The position numbers and the translations under genes were made by a program. Positions 19,953 to 30,454 of a stretch of 64,000 nucleotides of DNA are shown piece by piece. Position 1 is the stretch's first letter. The number at the start of each line of letters is the position of its first letter. Under the pieces are notes generated by a model that was given only the letters and a program-made list of their open reading frames with translations, had not been told where the DNA came from and did not search any database. The stretch is from Pseudomonadota bacterium (GTDB lineage Bacteria; Bdellovibrionota_B; Oligoflexia; Silvanigrellales; Silvanigrellaceae), in NCBI GenBank assembly GCA_039799905.1, contig JBDLRP010000036.1:64001-128000 (forward strand), read 5' to 3'.

Positions 19953-20348
19953 TCACCTCCGGTTTGCAAAGATTTTTTCAATTTTCTCTTTGAGAGTGGC
20001 CGCATTGAAGGGCTTGACGATGTAGCTGCTGACTCCCGACTTAACGGCTTCCACAATGTTTTCCTTGTCGGCCTCAGCTGTGACCATCAGAAACGGAAGT
20101 CCCTTGAGGTTGGGGTCGGCGCGCACTGACTTGAGCAGCTCGATGCCTGTGACGTTGGGCATGTTCCAGTCGGAGATGACAAATTGGATATCAGGCTTTT
20201 GCCTCAGAATTTTCAGCGCAGACTCGCCGTCTTCAGCTTCCTGCACGTCATTATAGCCAAGCTGGCGTAAAACCTGACGCACGATTTTACGCATCGTCGG
20301 GAAGTCGTCGACAACAAGGATTTTAAGATCGGTTGGTGGCATCGGCAT
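19953..20348 (-). CDS. cheY: Chemotaxis response regulator CheY
   Basis: [30 protein letters not shown]. Confidence 0.93.
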   Translation of the reverse strand: MPMPPTDLKILVVDDFPTMRKIVRQVLRQLGYNDVQEAEDGESALKILRQKPDIQFVISDWNMPNVTGIELLKSVRADPNLKGLPFLMVTAEADKENIVEAVKSGVSSYIVKPFNAATLKEKIEKIFANRR

Positions 20349-20360
20349 GTGTCTTCTCCG

Positions 20361-21254
20361 TCATTCCTGCAAAAGATTTTTAAGTTTAAGTCTCATTTTT
20401 TGAACGGCCTGCGTGTGCAGCTGAGAGACACGCGACTCCGTAACGTCGAGAATGCGGCCGATTTCCTTGAGATTAAGATCTTCGTAGTAGTAGAGGCTGA
20501 GAACAAGTTTTTGTTTCTCCGGAAGCTCTTCGACAGTCTTGAGAATGATGTCGCGGACTCCCTTTGCCTTCAGCATGGTGAAAGGGTTTTTTGAGTTTGG
20601 GTTTTCAAGGCATTCAAGCAGCGATTTCTTATCGCCGGAGTGAACGCCGCCGAGTTCCTCCAAGGAAAGCATGGAGACGCGGGTTCTCCCTGACTTTTCA
20701 TGGAATTCTTCGAGAGAGATTTCCAGGTGCTCCGCTGTTTCCTTGTCTGTCGGAGGCCGTCCCAGCTTTTGCTCGAGCTCGTATCGTGCCCGTTCCTCGC
20801 GCTTGTTGGTCTCACGCACGGAGCGTGGCACCCAGTCCTGATTGCGGAGTTCGTCGAGAATTGCACCGCGGATACGGAATTCAGCGTATGTTTTGAATTT
20901 GTTGTCGCGGCTTGGATCGTATTTGTCGATGGCGTCCATCAGACCAATGACGCCAGCCGAAAACAGGTCGTCGAGGTCGATATTCGAAGGCAGACGTGCA
21001 GCAATCTTTTGCGCGATATATTTGATGAGGGGAGCATAGTCCATGATCACCTGATTGCGCATCGGATCGTTGGCCGCAGCCTGCGCTCGCGCCTGAGATG
21101 AGGATTGCTTCTTCGCAGCGGCTTTCCTTGCTGCTCGCTCGCCGCTCTCGCTGTCATAGATAGACGTTTTGGTTGCAGTCTGACCTTTGTCAGCGGCTTT
21201 CTCGCCGGCTTTTTCCTGAAGAGGCTGCTTTTTAGCTGCGGTGCCCGTGCTCAT
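20361..21254 (-). CDS. fliA: Flagellar sigma factor sigma-28
   Basis: DDLFSAGVIGL, FKTYAEFRIRGAILDELR, DWVPRSVR, LNLKEIG..L.VTESRVSQLH. Confidence 0.95.
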   Translation of the reverse strand: MSTGTAAKKQPLQEKAGEKAADKGQTATKTSIYDSESGERAARKAAAKKQSSSQARAQAAANDPMRNQVIMDYAPLIKYIAQKIAARLPSNIDLDDLFSAGVIGLMDAIDKYDPSRDNKFKTYAEFRIRGAILDELRNQDWVPRSVRETNKREERARYELEQKLGRPPTDKETAEHLEISLEEFHEKSGRTRVSMLSLEELGGVHSGDKKSLLECLENPNSKNPFTMLKAKGVRDIILKTVEELPEKQKLVLSLYYYEDLNLKEIGRILDVTESRVSQLHTQAVQKMRLKLKNLLQE

Positions 21255-21275
21255 AACTTCCCCCAACAGGATTCT

Positions 21276-22217
21276 TTAGCTCAAAGTTTCTGTCGTTTGC
21301 CCTGCGACAAGCCGCTTCCAGAAGAACTGCATTGTTCCCTTTGGCTGCGGTGTGTCGCTGTTGAACAGGATCTCGCGCGCCACTGTGCGCAGTCCTCTGG
21401 ATGCTGGCGAAAATGGATAGCGCTGTACGTAGGGCGCTCGTTCACGCACCGAACTCCGCACGGATTCACAGAAAGGCACGGCGCCTGCGTAATCGACTTT
21501 GACCTGAAGGTATTCGGCCGCGACGGAGCTGAGTCGCTCGTAGACCCGCAGAGCTTCTTCGTCGCTCTTTGCCATGTTGACGACGAGTTTGAAGCAGGAC
21601 TCGTTATTCGTCTGTGCGAGAACTTTCATGGTTGCGTAGGCGTCCGCAAGGCTCGTCGGCTCGGGAGTCGCAACCAGCAGGACTTCGGAAGCGCTTGCCG
21701 CCCAATGCTGGACGTTTTTCGACACACCAGCAGGCGTGTCGATCAGGACGACATCGAAGTCGTCTTGGATACTTTCAATTTGGTCGAGAAGAACCAGTTT
21801 CTGCATTTTTCCCAACTCATTCACCCGTGACATGCCGCTGGAAGCCGGAATCAGGCGTAATCCTTCCGGTCCAGTGATGATGACATCACGCAGCTCCCGC
21901 TCTCCCATCAGGACGTCGTCCAAAGTGGACTCCGCTCTTAAATTGAGAATCACATCGAGATTTGCGAGACCAAGGTCACCATCTATCAGCAATGTTCGCA
22001 TCCCCTCGCGGACGAAACACAGCCCAAGGTTTGCAGTGGTCAAAGTTTTGCCGACCCCTCCCTTGCCTCCGGTGACAGTAAATACCCGCGGTGCCTTGCT
22101 GATGGCCGACGAATTGCTTCCGCTCTTTCTCATGCCAGTGTTGACTGTTGTACCGCCCGGAACATGGACACGGGCTTCTTCCATCAGGCGGCGCAGAGTT
22201 GTTGCTTGATCAAACAC
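21276..22217 (-). CDS. flhG: MinD-like flagellar number regulator FlhG/FleN
   Basis: DQA..LR N-terminus, GKGGVGKT, DGDLGLAN, TPEPTSLADAY. Confidence 0.93.
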   Translation of the reverse strand: MFDQATTLRRLMEEARVHVPGGTTVNTGMRKSGSNSSAISKAPRVFTVTGGKGGVGKTLTTANLGLCFVREGMRTLLIDGDLGLANLDVILNLRAESTLDDVLMGERELRDVIITGPEGLRLIPASSGMSRVNELGKMQKLVLLDQIESIQDDFDVVLIDTPAGVSKNVQHWAASASEVLLVATPEPTSLADAYATMKVLAQTNNESCFKLVVNMAKSDEEALRVYERLSSVAAEYLQVKVDYAGAVPFCESVRSSVRERAPYVQRYPFSPASRGLRTVAREILFNSDTPQPKGTMQFFWKRLVAGQTTETLS

Positions 22218-22244
22218 GCTGACAGTCTCCCTTTTCTCAGTTCA

Positions 22245-23750
22245 TCAAAGTTTGAAAATCCGTTCCACGACCCGCTCCTTGGTGGCGGGTTCCAAATCTT
22301 CGGGCACTTTTTGCCCAGTGGTAAAAAAAGACACGGGAATCTTGCTGGTGATGTTGGTGTTGAGAATTTCTCCGAAGCTCCACGACTCGTCGAGCTTCGT
22401 AAAAATCAGACTCTGGGGACTGACCGTCCTGAATGCCTTCAGAGTTTCATCCAGATCGCGTTGTTTCATGCTCGCAGAAAGAACCATGTGATAATGAACC
22501 GGAAATGGCATCGTGCTCAGCTGGCGCAGCTGCTCCATTTGCAGAACATGCTTGCTGCTTCGTCCTGCAGTATCGATGAAGATGGCATCGTAGTCGTAAT
22601 ATTTTGTCACGAAATCCGAGAGGTCTTGAAGATCGCTGACCTCAGAGAACGGACAATCGAGAATTTTTGAATATGCCCGCAATTGATCGGCAGCCGCGAT
22701 CCGGAACGAATCCATACTGACGAGCGCAACCCGCTTTTTGTCGTGAAGCTGAAGTCTGGCCGCAAGTTTTGCGATAGTTGTGGTTTTACCCACGCCTGTC
22801 GAGCCGACTAAAGCAATCACCTTCTGATTTGCAAAGCTTGTTGACGGCGTGACGCTCATCTGTCGAAACAAAAAACGTATCGACTGATTGAGATAATGCT
22901 CTCTGAGCTTTTCTCCCGTCAGCAGCTGACCGTCCGAGTGGCTCGGCTTTGGCCCGGACGTGACGACGTGAGCCAATTCCGAAATAATCGCTTCAATGAC
23001 TCCAGCAGCACGCAGTCTGATGCAAATGTCGTTGAGGCATTCGTCCTTAATGACCGCGGTGTCGCCGTCGGACTGATACCTTTGCCTCATGAGATCATGC
23101 AGCAAAACGCGGATTTCCTGCATCTGTTCCGAAACATTGATATGCGGAATCTGTTCGATTTCGCGCCTGACGCGTCCCAATTCATCGCGCAGAACTTTAA
23201 CTTCTTCGGTTGAGCTCTCGTCGAATTTTCTTGTCACTCCAGTCAGGTGTGAAAGGTTTGAATCAGAAGAACGCAGCTGTTGCTGGTTGTTCTGACTGGC
23301 TCCGAGAAGCTCGCCGGATGTCAGATGACTCGTGCGTTTCTGGACCGCGGTTGAGGAGCTCTGCTGGGTTCCCTCCAATGCGCTGGCAAGAGTCTTTGCG
23401 AGTGAGCGGGTGGCTGTGTTGAGTTGTGGCAGCGTGTTGTTTGTCTTGATGACGCTCACATCGGATTTTTGATCCGCCTTCGGGAAATTGACCCGCTGCG
23501 CACGTGCGGCCTCTTCCGGAGAAAGCACCGTACTGCGCGGGCGAAGTGCTGATTGCCTGACCTGTGCATGATTGGTGGCGGCAGGTGCTGCAGTGACCTC
23601 AATGACGCGCAAGGGGCGTCCTGTGTCGTCGGACACAGTCGTCTTTTCGCGGGTCGAGAGGATGACCGCGTCGCGGCCGAGCTCTTTCTTTACCAGCTTT
23701 ATTGCATCCTGCATGTTGAAGGCTTCGAACTTATGGACATCCATTGTCAC
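22245..23750 (-). CDS. flhF: Flagellar SRP-family GTPase FlhF
   Basis: KKELGRDAVILS, GSTGVGKTTT, DTAGR, TKLDE, GQKVPEDL. Confidence 0.95.
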   Translation of the reverse strand: MTMDVHKFEAFNMQDAIKLVKKELGRDAVILSTREKTTVSDDTGRPLRVIEVTAAPAATNHAQVRQSALRPRSTVLSPEEAARAQRVNFPKADQKSDVSVIKTNNTLPQLNTATRSLAKTLASALEGTQQSSSTAVQKRTSHLTSGELLGASQNNQQQLRSSDSNLSHLTGVTRKFDESSTEEVKVLRDELGRVRREIEQIPHINVSEQMQEIRVLLHDLMRQRYQSDGDTAVIKDECLNDICIRLRAAGVIEAIISELAHVVTSGPKPSHSDGQLLTGEKLREHYLNQSIRFLFRQMSVTPSTSFANQKVIALVGSTGVGKTTTIAKLAARLQLHDKKRVALVSMDSFRIAAADQLRAYSKILDCPFSEVSDLQDLSDFVTKYYDYDAIFIDTAGRSSKHVLQMEQLRQLSTMPFPVHYHMVLSASMKQRDLDETLKAFRTVSPQSLIFTKLDESWSFGEILNTNITSKIPVSFFTTGQKVPEDLEPATKERVVERIFKL

Positions 23751-23783
23751 ACCTCTGGCTGCGAGGAATTACCCGTTTAATCC

Positions 23784-25910
23784 TCAGGAAATCATCTGAA
23801 CATTTCTAATTTTCACAGCGCCCGCCACTTCGTCGTAGGAAAGAACGGCGACCTGCGGTAAATATCGGACCATGAGTCGTTGGAAGGCCTGCCGCAATCG
23901 TGCAGAAATCAACAGCACAGGTTGCGTCCCTTCGGAATCGAAGGCGCTGATGCCCTGCATCAACTTCTGGAGGATCTCCTGAGCCTGACGTGCATCAAGA
24001 TTGAGGTACGAACTGCCGTTGTCTGTCGTCACAAGGCCGCCGCCCAGTATGTCTTCGATCATACGGTCAAAGGTCACCACGACGAGTTCATCCTTTTCGT
24101 TCAGATACTTCTGCGTGATTCCGCGTCCGAGTGCTTTTCTGCACTGTTCAGCCAGAACATCAGGGTTCTTTACAATCTTACAGTGGTCAGCAAGGCACTC
24201 GAAGAGTGAAAGAATGTCCCGCACCGACACGTCTTCGCGCAGCAGATTTTGCATCACTTTGACGACGTCGCCGATCGAAAGACGCTCGGAATGAATGACT
24301 TCCTCAACGACCTTCGGATTCGTCTCCTTGAGTTTGTCGACGAGGTACTGAACATCTTGCCGAGTCAACAGCTCCGCTGCATGTTCACGCAACGCTTTGG
24401 TCAAATGTGTTGCGATGACCGTGGCACAGTTGACAACAGTGTATCCTCGGAAGGCAGCCTCATCTTTCTCGCGCTTGTGCACCCAGATCGCGGGCAGACC
24501 ATAGGCGGGATCAACGGTCGGTTCGCCATTGATTGGCATTTCCACATTGCCCGGGTCCATCGCAAGGAAGTAGTCGACCATCAGTTGCCCGGTGGCGATT
24601 TTGCTGCCCTTGAGTGAAATTGTGTACTGGCCTGGAGCGTTGTTCAGCAGGTTGTCGCGCAGCTGTATCTGCGGAACAACGATTCCCAAATCCTGGGCAA
24701 ATTGCTTGCGGATGCTTTGGATTCTGTCGACAACTTCGCCGTCCTGCTGCGGATCGATTAGGTGAACAAGGGCGTGACCGACTTCGATCGTCAGGACATC
24801 GAGTTTCATGAGTGAATCGATGCTTTCGGAGTCTTTTTTCTCCTTGGCGGCTGTGTCGGTCTCTTTGCCTTCCTGTTCTTTTGCGAGGTCCTCCCTGATT
24901 CTTCTGTCAGCGATGCGGCCGAGCAGAATCAAGATTCCTCCAAGTGAGAGGAACGCTATTTTTGGAAATCCAGGTATCGCAGCAAGTAAAAATAAAATTC
25001 CCGCTGCAACATAAAGCGCTTTCGGATGCACTCTGAATTGTTTTGCAACCTGTCCGCCGAGGTCACCTTCCGATGTCGAACGGGTTACGATAAGACCGGC
25101 AGCAGTCGAAATCATCAGCGAAGGAATTGCTGCGATAAGTCCGTCACCCACGGCAAGCAGTGTGAACGTCTTTGCGGCATCGCCTGCGCTCATGTTGAAT
25201 TGGATGATTCCAATCACCAAACCGACAATCATGTTGACAAGTGTAATAATGATGCCGGCAATGGCATCGCCGCGTACGAATTTTGAAGCACCGTCCATGG
25301 CACCGTAGAAGTCGGCTTCTTTTTCTACCGCGGTTCTTCTGCGGCGAGCCTCTTCAGCATTGATGTGGCCTGCGTTCAATTCGGCATCGATTGCCATCTG
25401 TTTTCCGGGCATAGCGTCGAGAGTAAAGCGAGCGGCGACTTCTGCGATACGACCCGAACCCTTGGTGATGACCACAAAGTTGATGACGGTGAGGATGATG
25501 AAGATGACGAGACCGACGCCGATGTTGTCGGCAATCACGATGTTGCCGAATGCCTTGATGAGTCCGCTCATCTTGCCGGTTGTATCGCCGCCGTGGGTGA
25601 GAATCTGGCGTGTGGTCGATACGTTGAGTGCAAGGCGAAAAAGCGTAGAAACCAGCAGGATCGTCGGAAACACTCCGAAGTCGAGTGGTTTTCGGATGTA
25701 GATTGCGACAAGCATGATAACAAGTGACGTGGATAGAGAAATCGCGAGAAGAAAATCCAGAAGTAAAGCTGGCACGGGGAAGATCATCATCGGCAGAATG
25801 CCGACGACCGCGACGGCCATCAGAATATCCGGACTGCGCATCCAGCTGAGCGCCGACGCTCCGCCCTTACCTTCTGCAACTGTGCCGGTTAATGCGTTTG
25901 CTGTTGCCAT
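23784..25910 (-). CDS. flhA: Flagellar export gate protein FlhA
   Basis: RIAEVAARFTLDAMPGKQMAIDAEL, FYGAMDGASKFVRGDAIAG. Confidence 0.97.
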   Translation of the reverse strand: MATANALTGTVAEGKGGASALSWMRSPDILMAVAVVGILPMMIFPVPALLLDFLLAISLSTSLVIMLVAIYIRKPLDFGVFPTILLVSTLFRLALNVSTTRQILTHGGDTTGKMSGLIKAFGNIVIADNIGVGLVIFIILTVINFVVITKGSGRIAEVAARFTLDAMPGKQMAIDAELNAGHINAEEARRRRTAVEKEADFYGAMDGASKFVRGDAIAGIIITLVNMIVGLVIGIIQFNMSAGDAAKTFTLLAVGDGLIAAIPSLMISTAAGLIVTRSTSEGDLGGQVAKQFRVHPKALYVAAGILFLLAAIPGFPKIAFLSLGGILILLGRIADRRIREDLAKEQEGKETDTAAKEKKDSESIDSLMKLDVLTIEVGHALVHLIDPQQDGEVVDRIQSIRKQFAQDLGIVVPQIQLRDNLLNNAPGQYTISLKGSKIATGQLMVDYFLAMDPGNVEMPINGEPTVDPAYGLPAIWVHKREKDEAAFRGYTVVNCATVIATHLTKALREHAAELLTRQDVQYLVDKLKETNPKVVEEVIHSERLSIGDVVKVMQNLLREDVSVRDILSLFECLADHCKIVKNPDVLAEQCRKALGRGITQKYLNEKDELVVVTFDRMIEDILGGGLVTTDNGSSYLNLDARQAQEILQKLMQGISAFDSEGTQPVLLISARLRQAFQRLMVRYLPQVAVLSYDEVAGAVKIRNVQMIS

Positions 25911-25947
25911 TGCCTGCCTCTCTGATGCGGATGGAGCCGGTTAAATT

Positions 25948-27051
25948 TCAACCGACTGCACTCTGCAGGTTGAATCGTTCAAAATAATCGCGACCACGTG
26001 CCTGATAGATCACCTTCATGACTTCGATGACCGAAGCGTAGAGACTGGGCGGAACTTCCTGTCCGACTTTGACTGTCTTATAAAGAGTTCTTGCAAGCGC
26101 CTTGTTCTCGACAAGCATGATGTCGTTCTTTTTTGCGATTTCACGGATTTTCAATGCAAGAAAATCCTGCCCTTTTGCTACGACAATCGGTGCCTGCATT
26201 CCGCGGACATACCTGATGGCCACTGAAAAGTGAGTCGGGTTGGTGATGACAAATGTTGCTGTCGGCACCGCGGCGACGTTTTTTCGCATGATGAGTTCGC
26301 GTGCCATTCTGCGGCGCTGGCTTTTGACGAGCGGGTCACCTTCCTGAGATTTGTTTTCATCCTTGATTTCCTGCTTGCTCATCATCATTTGCTTTTCGAG
26401 CCTGAATAGGCTGTAGCCGTAGTCGGCAGCAGCAAGAACACCGACCGTGATAGTGGTCCAGACGAGCAGTTTGATGACCGAGGACCAAAGTGTGTTGGCG
26501 TATGCCCCTGTGTTTTGAAAATATGCCAAAGCGCTGTATTCGAGTTCGTTCTTCAAAAAGACGTAAAGTACCGTGCACAAGGTTATACCCTTGACGAGTA
26601 CTTTGCCGAGTTCCTCTAGTCCTCCGGCCGATAGCATTCTCTTGAATCCGGAAATGAAATTTAGCTTATCAAAACTCGGGGTGATCTTTTTCCACGACCA
26701 GTTGAACTGGGTGATCGCCAAACCAACGACCGACGGAGTGACCGATAACAGTACAACTGTTCCAGCAAGCACTGGCAAAACCGGAGCAACAATTTGATTT
26801 ACTACATCGATTGGTGAGATCGTGCCGGTACCCTGTTCGCCGATAATTGCAAAGGTGCGATGAAACGCGCTCTTTAGGGAATTCGAAATATCTTGTCCGA
26901 GCATCGACAAGCCAATTGTGACGAGAATCAGAGTGATGGCTGCGAGAATTTCACGAGGGTTCGCGATCTGACCGTCCTCACGGTACTGTTTTCGCCGCTC
27001 TTCGGTGGCTTCTTCGGTTTTGTCTTGCTGACTTTCATCGCGTTCTTCCAT
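25948..27051 (-). CDS. flhB: Flagellar export switch FlhB
   Basis: KTEEAT, EGDP, NPTH autocleavage site, ENKALAR. Confidence 0.95.
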   Translation of the reverse strand: MEERDESQQDKTEEATEERRKQYREDGQIANPREILAAITLILVTIGLSMLGQDISNSLKSAFHRTFAIIGEQGTGTISPIDVVNQIVAPVLPVLAGTVVLLSVTPSVVGLAITQFNWSWKKITPSFDKLNFISGFKRMLSAGGLEELGKVLVKGITLCTVLYVFLKNELEYSALAYFQNTGAYANTLWSSVIKLLVWTTITVGVLAAADYGYSLFRLEKQMMMSKQEIKDENKSQEGDPLVKSQRRRMARELIMRKNVAAVPTATFVITNPTHFSVAIRYVRGMQAPIVVAKGQDFLALKIREIAKKNDIMLVENKALARTLYKTVKVGQEVPPSLYASVIEVMKVIYQARGRDYFERFNLQSAVG

Positions 27052-27059
27052 TGCTCACC

Positions 27060-27872
27060 TCAATGCTTCGGATCGAATGCTTTTTGAACGCGGGAGAATG
27101 CAGAAATTTCCTGAATTCCTGCATGTTCACCCATCAAGCGCACAAAAGCAGATGCTGAAAAGAAGAGAACAATCATGCTGAGCAGAAAGCTGACCGGAAA
27201 ACTGATGACGAATGCGTTGAGCTGTGGAAGCGCGCGGTTTAGCAAACCGAGTGCAATCGTTGAGACCATCTGAATCAGAAGGAGCGGTCCTGCAATTCTA
27301 ATTCCTATGTCGAAACTCACGGTGACGGTTTGCATGACGACCGACAGGAGTGCTTTGGAATCCGCTTCGGGAGCAAAGGGAATTGTCACGAATGAAGTTA
27401 CGATGCCCTGAATGAAAACGTGATGAATATTGAAAACCAGAAGAAGAATTGTGATCATCCACACCTTAAGTGATGCGAATGCCGATTCTTGAATACCAAT
27501 CTGCGGAGAGAAAAGGGTTGCGGTTTGAAAGCCCATGTTGACACCGACGATGTTTGCTCCGATTGAAGCGGCAAAGGTCAGGAGCTTTGCCGCGAATCCA
27601 ATAGCAAAGCCAAAAAACACCTCCCTCAGAGTCGCAAGGCCTAGCGTCAGCGGGCTCCATTGGATGAAGCCTGCCGATGAGTGAAGGTGTTTTTCTACAG
27701 TAGGCCATATGCAGAGGCTGAGCATCAGGGCAAAGAGGACACGAATTCTTGAGGGAATCGTGGCATCTCCAAAGATGGGAAGAAAAAACAAAACACTCAC
27801 GATCCGCAGGAAGACCATCACTGCGAGCGGCCAGACTTTTGGATCAAGCTGGAAGAGTGTTTCGTAATTCAT
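27060..27872 (-). CDS. fliR: Flagellar export protein FliR
   Basis: Multi-TM protein, LNRALPQLNAF, and position between fliQ and flhB. Confidence 0.92.
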   Translation of the reverse strand: MNYETLFQLDPKVWPLAVMVFLRIVSVLFFLPIFGDATIPSRIRVLFALMLSLCIWPTVEKHLHSSAGFIQWSPLTLGLATLREVFFGFAIGFAAKLLTFAASIGANIVGVNMGFQTATLFSPQIGIQESAFASLKVWMITILLLVFNIHHVFIQGIVTSFVTIPFAPEADSKALLSVVMQTVTVSFDIGIRIAGPLLLIQMVSTIALGLLNRALPQLNAFVISFPVSFLLSMIVLFFSASAFVRLMGEHAGIQEISAFSRVQKAFDPKH

Positions 27873-28144
27873 TTTTGTCTCATGATCTCTGGAATCTTTT
27901 TAAAGATGTCTTGAGTGTAATTTGTCATACGCCGGACCATCCATGGGCTCATCACTGCGAAGACCGCAATCATTGCGGCAATTTTCGGGAGAAATGAGAG
28001 AGTCGCCTCGTTGATCTGTGTCGCCGCCTGAAAAATGCTGATGAGCAAACCGACCACCAGGGCAGTGACGAGCAGAGGGAGGCTGAGTTCTGCGGTGGCG
28101 TAGATGAGCCCCATGAATATGTCGATGACCTGTTGACTGTTCAT
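27869..28144 (-). CDS. fliQ: Flagellar export protein FliQ
   Basis: GLLISIFQAATQINEATLSFLPK; ATG 28144 overlaps the fliP stop. Confidence 0.95.
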   Translation of the reverse strand: MNSQQVIDIFMGLIYATAELSLPLLVTALVVGLLISIFQAATQINEATLSFLPKIAAMIAVFAVMSPWMVRRMTNYTQDIFKKIPEIMRQK

Positions 28145-29082
28145 ACGAAGCTCCTGATCAGTGAACTGGCAAGTAGATTCCAACCGTCCACAACGACGAA
28201 AAGGATAATTTTCAGCGGAAGGCTGACGATGGTCGGCGGTAGCATCATCATACCCATTGCCATCAGCACGCTGCTAACAATCATGTCGATAACGATGAAT
28301 GGCAGATAAACCAGAAATCCGATCTGAAATGCACTTTTGAGTTCACTGATGATGAACGAGGGAATCAACACCCGCATCGAGATGTCCTCAGGCTTTTGCG
28401 GCTGCGGTTCCTGAGAAAGACTTAAAAAGAGTTTAATGTCATCCTTGCGGACTTGGTTCATCATAAAGTCACGCAGTGGTCCTTGGGCTTTGTTGAAAGC
28501 CTCTTCGGCGCTCATCGTCTTTGCCATGTATGGTGCCAGCGCGGTGTCATATATCTTCGTTGTTGTGGGCCCCATGACGAAATATGTGAGAAAGAGCGAG
28601 AGACCAATCAAAACCTGGTTTGGAGGCATAGTCGGCGAGCCAAGTGCCTGCCTGACGAAGCTCAGCACGATCAGAATTCTTGTGAATGCGCTCATCAGAA
28701 GAAGAATTGCGGGTGCGAGTGTCAGAATCGTGAGAATTCCGACCACACGCAGCGCCGGCACCAAATCATCCGGATTTTCAGAGTCGCCGATACTCAACGA
28801 GAACAATGGTATTGAACCGTTTTTTAGACTCGTTTTCGATGGTGTTAGCCCTGGAGCAGTGACAGGAGCGATCTGCGGGATGTTGTTGATTCCCTGTTGT
28901 GACTGCTGCGACTGAGCATGGGCGGCTGACGGCGAAAAGACCAACGGAGCAAGATTTACTGCAGCAAGAAGGCAAGTGACGATGGTCAGGAAATATTTAA
29001 TTTTGTGAACCAGTCCCATTGTCATTTGCATTTTAATCCGCCTGTGAGCGTGAAAGTGTTGACGCCGTCGCGCTGGATACAT
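28141..29082 (-). CDS. fliP: Flagellar export protein FliP (true start may be ~29031)
   Basis: FTRILIVLS, PPNQVLIGLSLFLT, ELKSAFQIGF, MGMMMLPP, DGWNLL. Confidence 0.96.
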   Translation of the reverse strand: MYPARRRQHFHAHRRIKMQMTMGLVHKIKYFLTIVTCLLAAVNLAPLVFSPSAAHAQSQQSQQGINNIPQIAPVTAPGLTPSKTSLKNGSIPLFSLSIGDSENPDDLVPALRVVGILTILTLAPAILLLMSAFTRILIVLSFVRQALGSPTMPPNQVLIGLSLFLTYFVMGPTTTKIYDTALAPYMAKTMSAEEAFNKAQGPLRDFMMNQVRKDDIKLFLSLSQEPQPQKPEDISMRVLIPSFIISELKSAFQIGFLVYLPFIVIDMIVSSVLMAMGMMMLPPTIVSLPLKIILFVVVDGWNLLASSLIRSFV

Positions 29083-30426
29083 TCAGGATAGTGGGCGCAG
29101 TTCCTTAAGCCTTTCACGAATCATGTTGGTGACGTTTCCGGCCTCATCTTGATTGCTGGCCTGTTGTGACTGTGATTGCGTCAGGGTTCTTTTGCTCTCT
29201 TGCTCAAACGCGTTTGCAAGGTACTTGGGGAATGCGGCGCGGGTCTGTTTCATGGTAGATTCACGTTTGCCTTCTTCGGCAGGCGGAATTTCTGCCATCC
29301 TTCTTTCAGTGCTTCTGGATTCGCCTGTGCGTGCTGTGGATGTGGAGGACACCGCAGGAGCGTCTGCTTGTTCCTCATTTCTGCTGGGCTTGTTGCGGAG
29401 ATTTTTTTCGCGGAGATTTTTCAGGGCACCCATCAGCATCTCCGAACGAGCTAGCGCGGTTTCCTCACCGGCCGATTCGCCGCCTTGTGCTGAGGATGCC
29501 ACCAACTTGACCGGCTCATCCTGATTTGCACGTTGGGTGACCTTTCTTTTGCGCGGCTCTTCACCGCCTCCGTCGTCGACTAATGCAAGATTCCCGCGAT
29601 TTTGACCCGAAAGCTCCGTCAACATCGTAATTCCGTGTTCCGTCGATGCGAGTGCGACTTCCTTGTCACGGATGCGGACGAGGATGATCTGACGTTTGGG
29701 AGAGAGTGCCATGGAGGTAATGAGCTGAAGTTGTTTCTCAGTTCTTCCTGTGCTGAAGCCGCGTCCTTGTTTGATACGAACTGCCATCACGCCAGTCGCC
29801 GCAATGCCGAGTATGAGGAAGGTTCCTGCAAGTAAGGTCGTCCAAGGAAAACTCTCTGTCTGGCCAATCGGCAACAATTGTGTTTGAAGTGCTGCTCCGT
29901 TGGGTACCATGCTTCCTGCATTCGCGCCCGAAGTGGTAGCGCCCTCAGTGGATTTAGCAGTCTCTATTTGATTCGTCTGCGGTGTTTCAGGCTGCGCGAT
30001 GCTTGCCTGAGCCGCGCTCGCAGCGGGGGAGCTTGGGTTTGCAGCGGTTGGGTTTGGTGTTGTCGTATTAGTTGTCGTGGGCGAAGTGCTGCCTGCATTG
30101 TTTGAGTTTTCAGACGCATTTGGTATGGCATTCACTTGTTGCGCTGCCGGTGCGGTGGTCATTTTTGTTTCGTTGCCCGCGCTGTCGGGCTTCTTCGCCT
30201 GCAGCTCGAAGGTTGCGCCCTGTGTTGGGGTCTCGGGTGATGGAATTGGTGGAACAACTGCGTTGGCAGTCTTGGTCGCGCCCGTGATTGTCTGGACTGA
30301 CGATTTGTTTGCATCATTAGCCGAAGCTGATTGGAGCAGTAGAAGCGAAGACGGCACCAGCCAGACTGTTGCAGCCGCTCTCGCGAGAGTCTCTCTTATG
30401 CTGTTTGAACGGAATAAGTTGTTCAT
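29083..30426 (-). CDS. fliO: FliO-family protein with long low-complexity extensions
   Basis: Central TM helix followed by LSPKRQIILVRIRDKEVALASTEHGITML (FliO core); located between fliN and fliP. Confidence 0.75.
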   Translation of the reverse strand: MNNLFRSNSIRETLARAAATVWLVPSSLLLLQSASANDANKSSVQTITGATKTANAVVPPIPSPETPTQGATFELQAKKPDSAGNETKMTTAPAAQQVNAIPNASENSNNAGSTSPTTTNTTTPNPTAANPSSPAASAAQASIAQPETPQTNQIETAKSTEGATTSGANAGSMVPNGAALQTQLLPIGQTESFPWTTLLAGTFLILGIAATGVMAVRIKQGRGFSTGRTEKQLQLITSMALSPKRQIILVRIRDKEVALASTEHGITMLTELSGQNRGNLALVDDGGGEEPRKRKVTQRANQDEPVKLVASSAQGGESAGEETALARSEMLMGALKNLREKNLRNKPSRNEEQADAPAVSSTSTARTGESRSTERRMAEIPPAEEGKRESTMKQTRAAFPKYLANAFEQESKRTLTQSQSQQASNQDEAGNVTNMIRERLKELRPLS

Positions 30427-30454
30427 CTGGTAACCTCGAGAGTGTTATTTCGTC

